Assembly: GCA_017513085.1 (NCBI GenBank)
Contig: JAFWDK010000002.1
Coordinates: forward strand, 1-27,290
From: Clostridiales bacterium
GTDB lineage: Bacteria > Bacillota > Clostridia > Saccharofermentanales > Saccharofermentanaceae
DNA: 27,290 nt
Reading direction: 5' to 3'
The stretch's first letter is position 1. Each line of letters opens with the position of its first letter. Positions 27,145-27,290 of this stretch are shown one piece after another. The notes below the pieces were generated by a model. That model had not been told where the DNA came from, did no database searches, and worked only from the letters and a program-made list of their open reading frames with translations. Both the position numbers and the translations under genes were made by a program.

Positions 27145-27290
27145 ATGAAAAAGAAAGTTTTGGCAATCGTTATGGCTCTGGCTTTGGTAATCTCTGTTTG
27201 CGCTTGCAAGAAGGATGATAGCAGCGAGACAAGATCGAAGAGAAATTCGAAGACAGAAGATAAAGACAAAGACGACGACGATGACGATGA
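27145..27290 (+). CDS. Predicted lipoprotein, 5' part only (runs off the window)
   Basis: AAAGGA RBS; MKKKVLAIVMALALVISVCAC followed by the charged linker KKDDSSETRSKRNSKTEDKDKDDDDDD. Confidence 0.8.
   Translation, partial: MKKKVLAIVMALALVISVCACKKDDSSETRSKRNSKTEDKDKDDDDDD

Overview
Mostly core-genome window (about 50% GC) from a Clostridia-class firmicute; a rumen/anaerobic Saccharofermentans- or Ruminiclostridium-like organism is my guess from gene style only. Order: end of an rRNA operon (5S and terminator); walR-walK-murA-walJ-rlmH; a membrane-anchored collagen-like fibre protein; dCMP-deaminase-like gene; yfcE and DUF1294 on the minus strand; a histidine operon (hisZ-G-D-C-B-orf-purC-hisH-hisF::hisI-hisE) with a HisR-type operator; rpmG-secE-nusG-rplK-rplA-L10 leader-rplJ-rplL; tRNA-Met and tRNA-Glu; a lipoprotein CBM4-Ig-GH9 cellulase; a multi-pass HD-GYP phosphodiesterase; and the start of another lipoprotein. 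I see no mobile element, CRISPR array or defence system, and no clear multi-gene novel system. The best leads are (1) an ECF S-component-like membrane domain fused to a sensor-HAMP-HD-GYP signalling protein, (2) a remodelled his operon that lacks hisA, contains purC plus an orphan gene and has a HisF-HisI fusion, (3) a single-TM WalK with a ~280-aa extra tail and no walH/walI, (4) a fibre-like collagen protein with six W-x-Y/W repeat modules directly after rlmH, and (5) acidic low-complexity tails on several core proteins, notably SecE. All calls come from motif recognition by eye; no searches were run.
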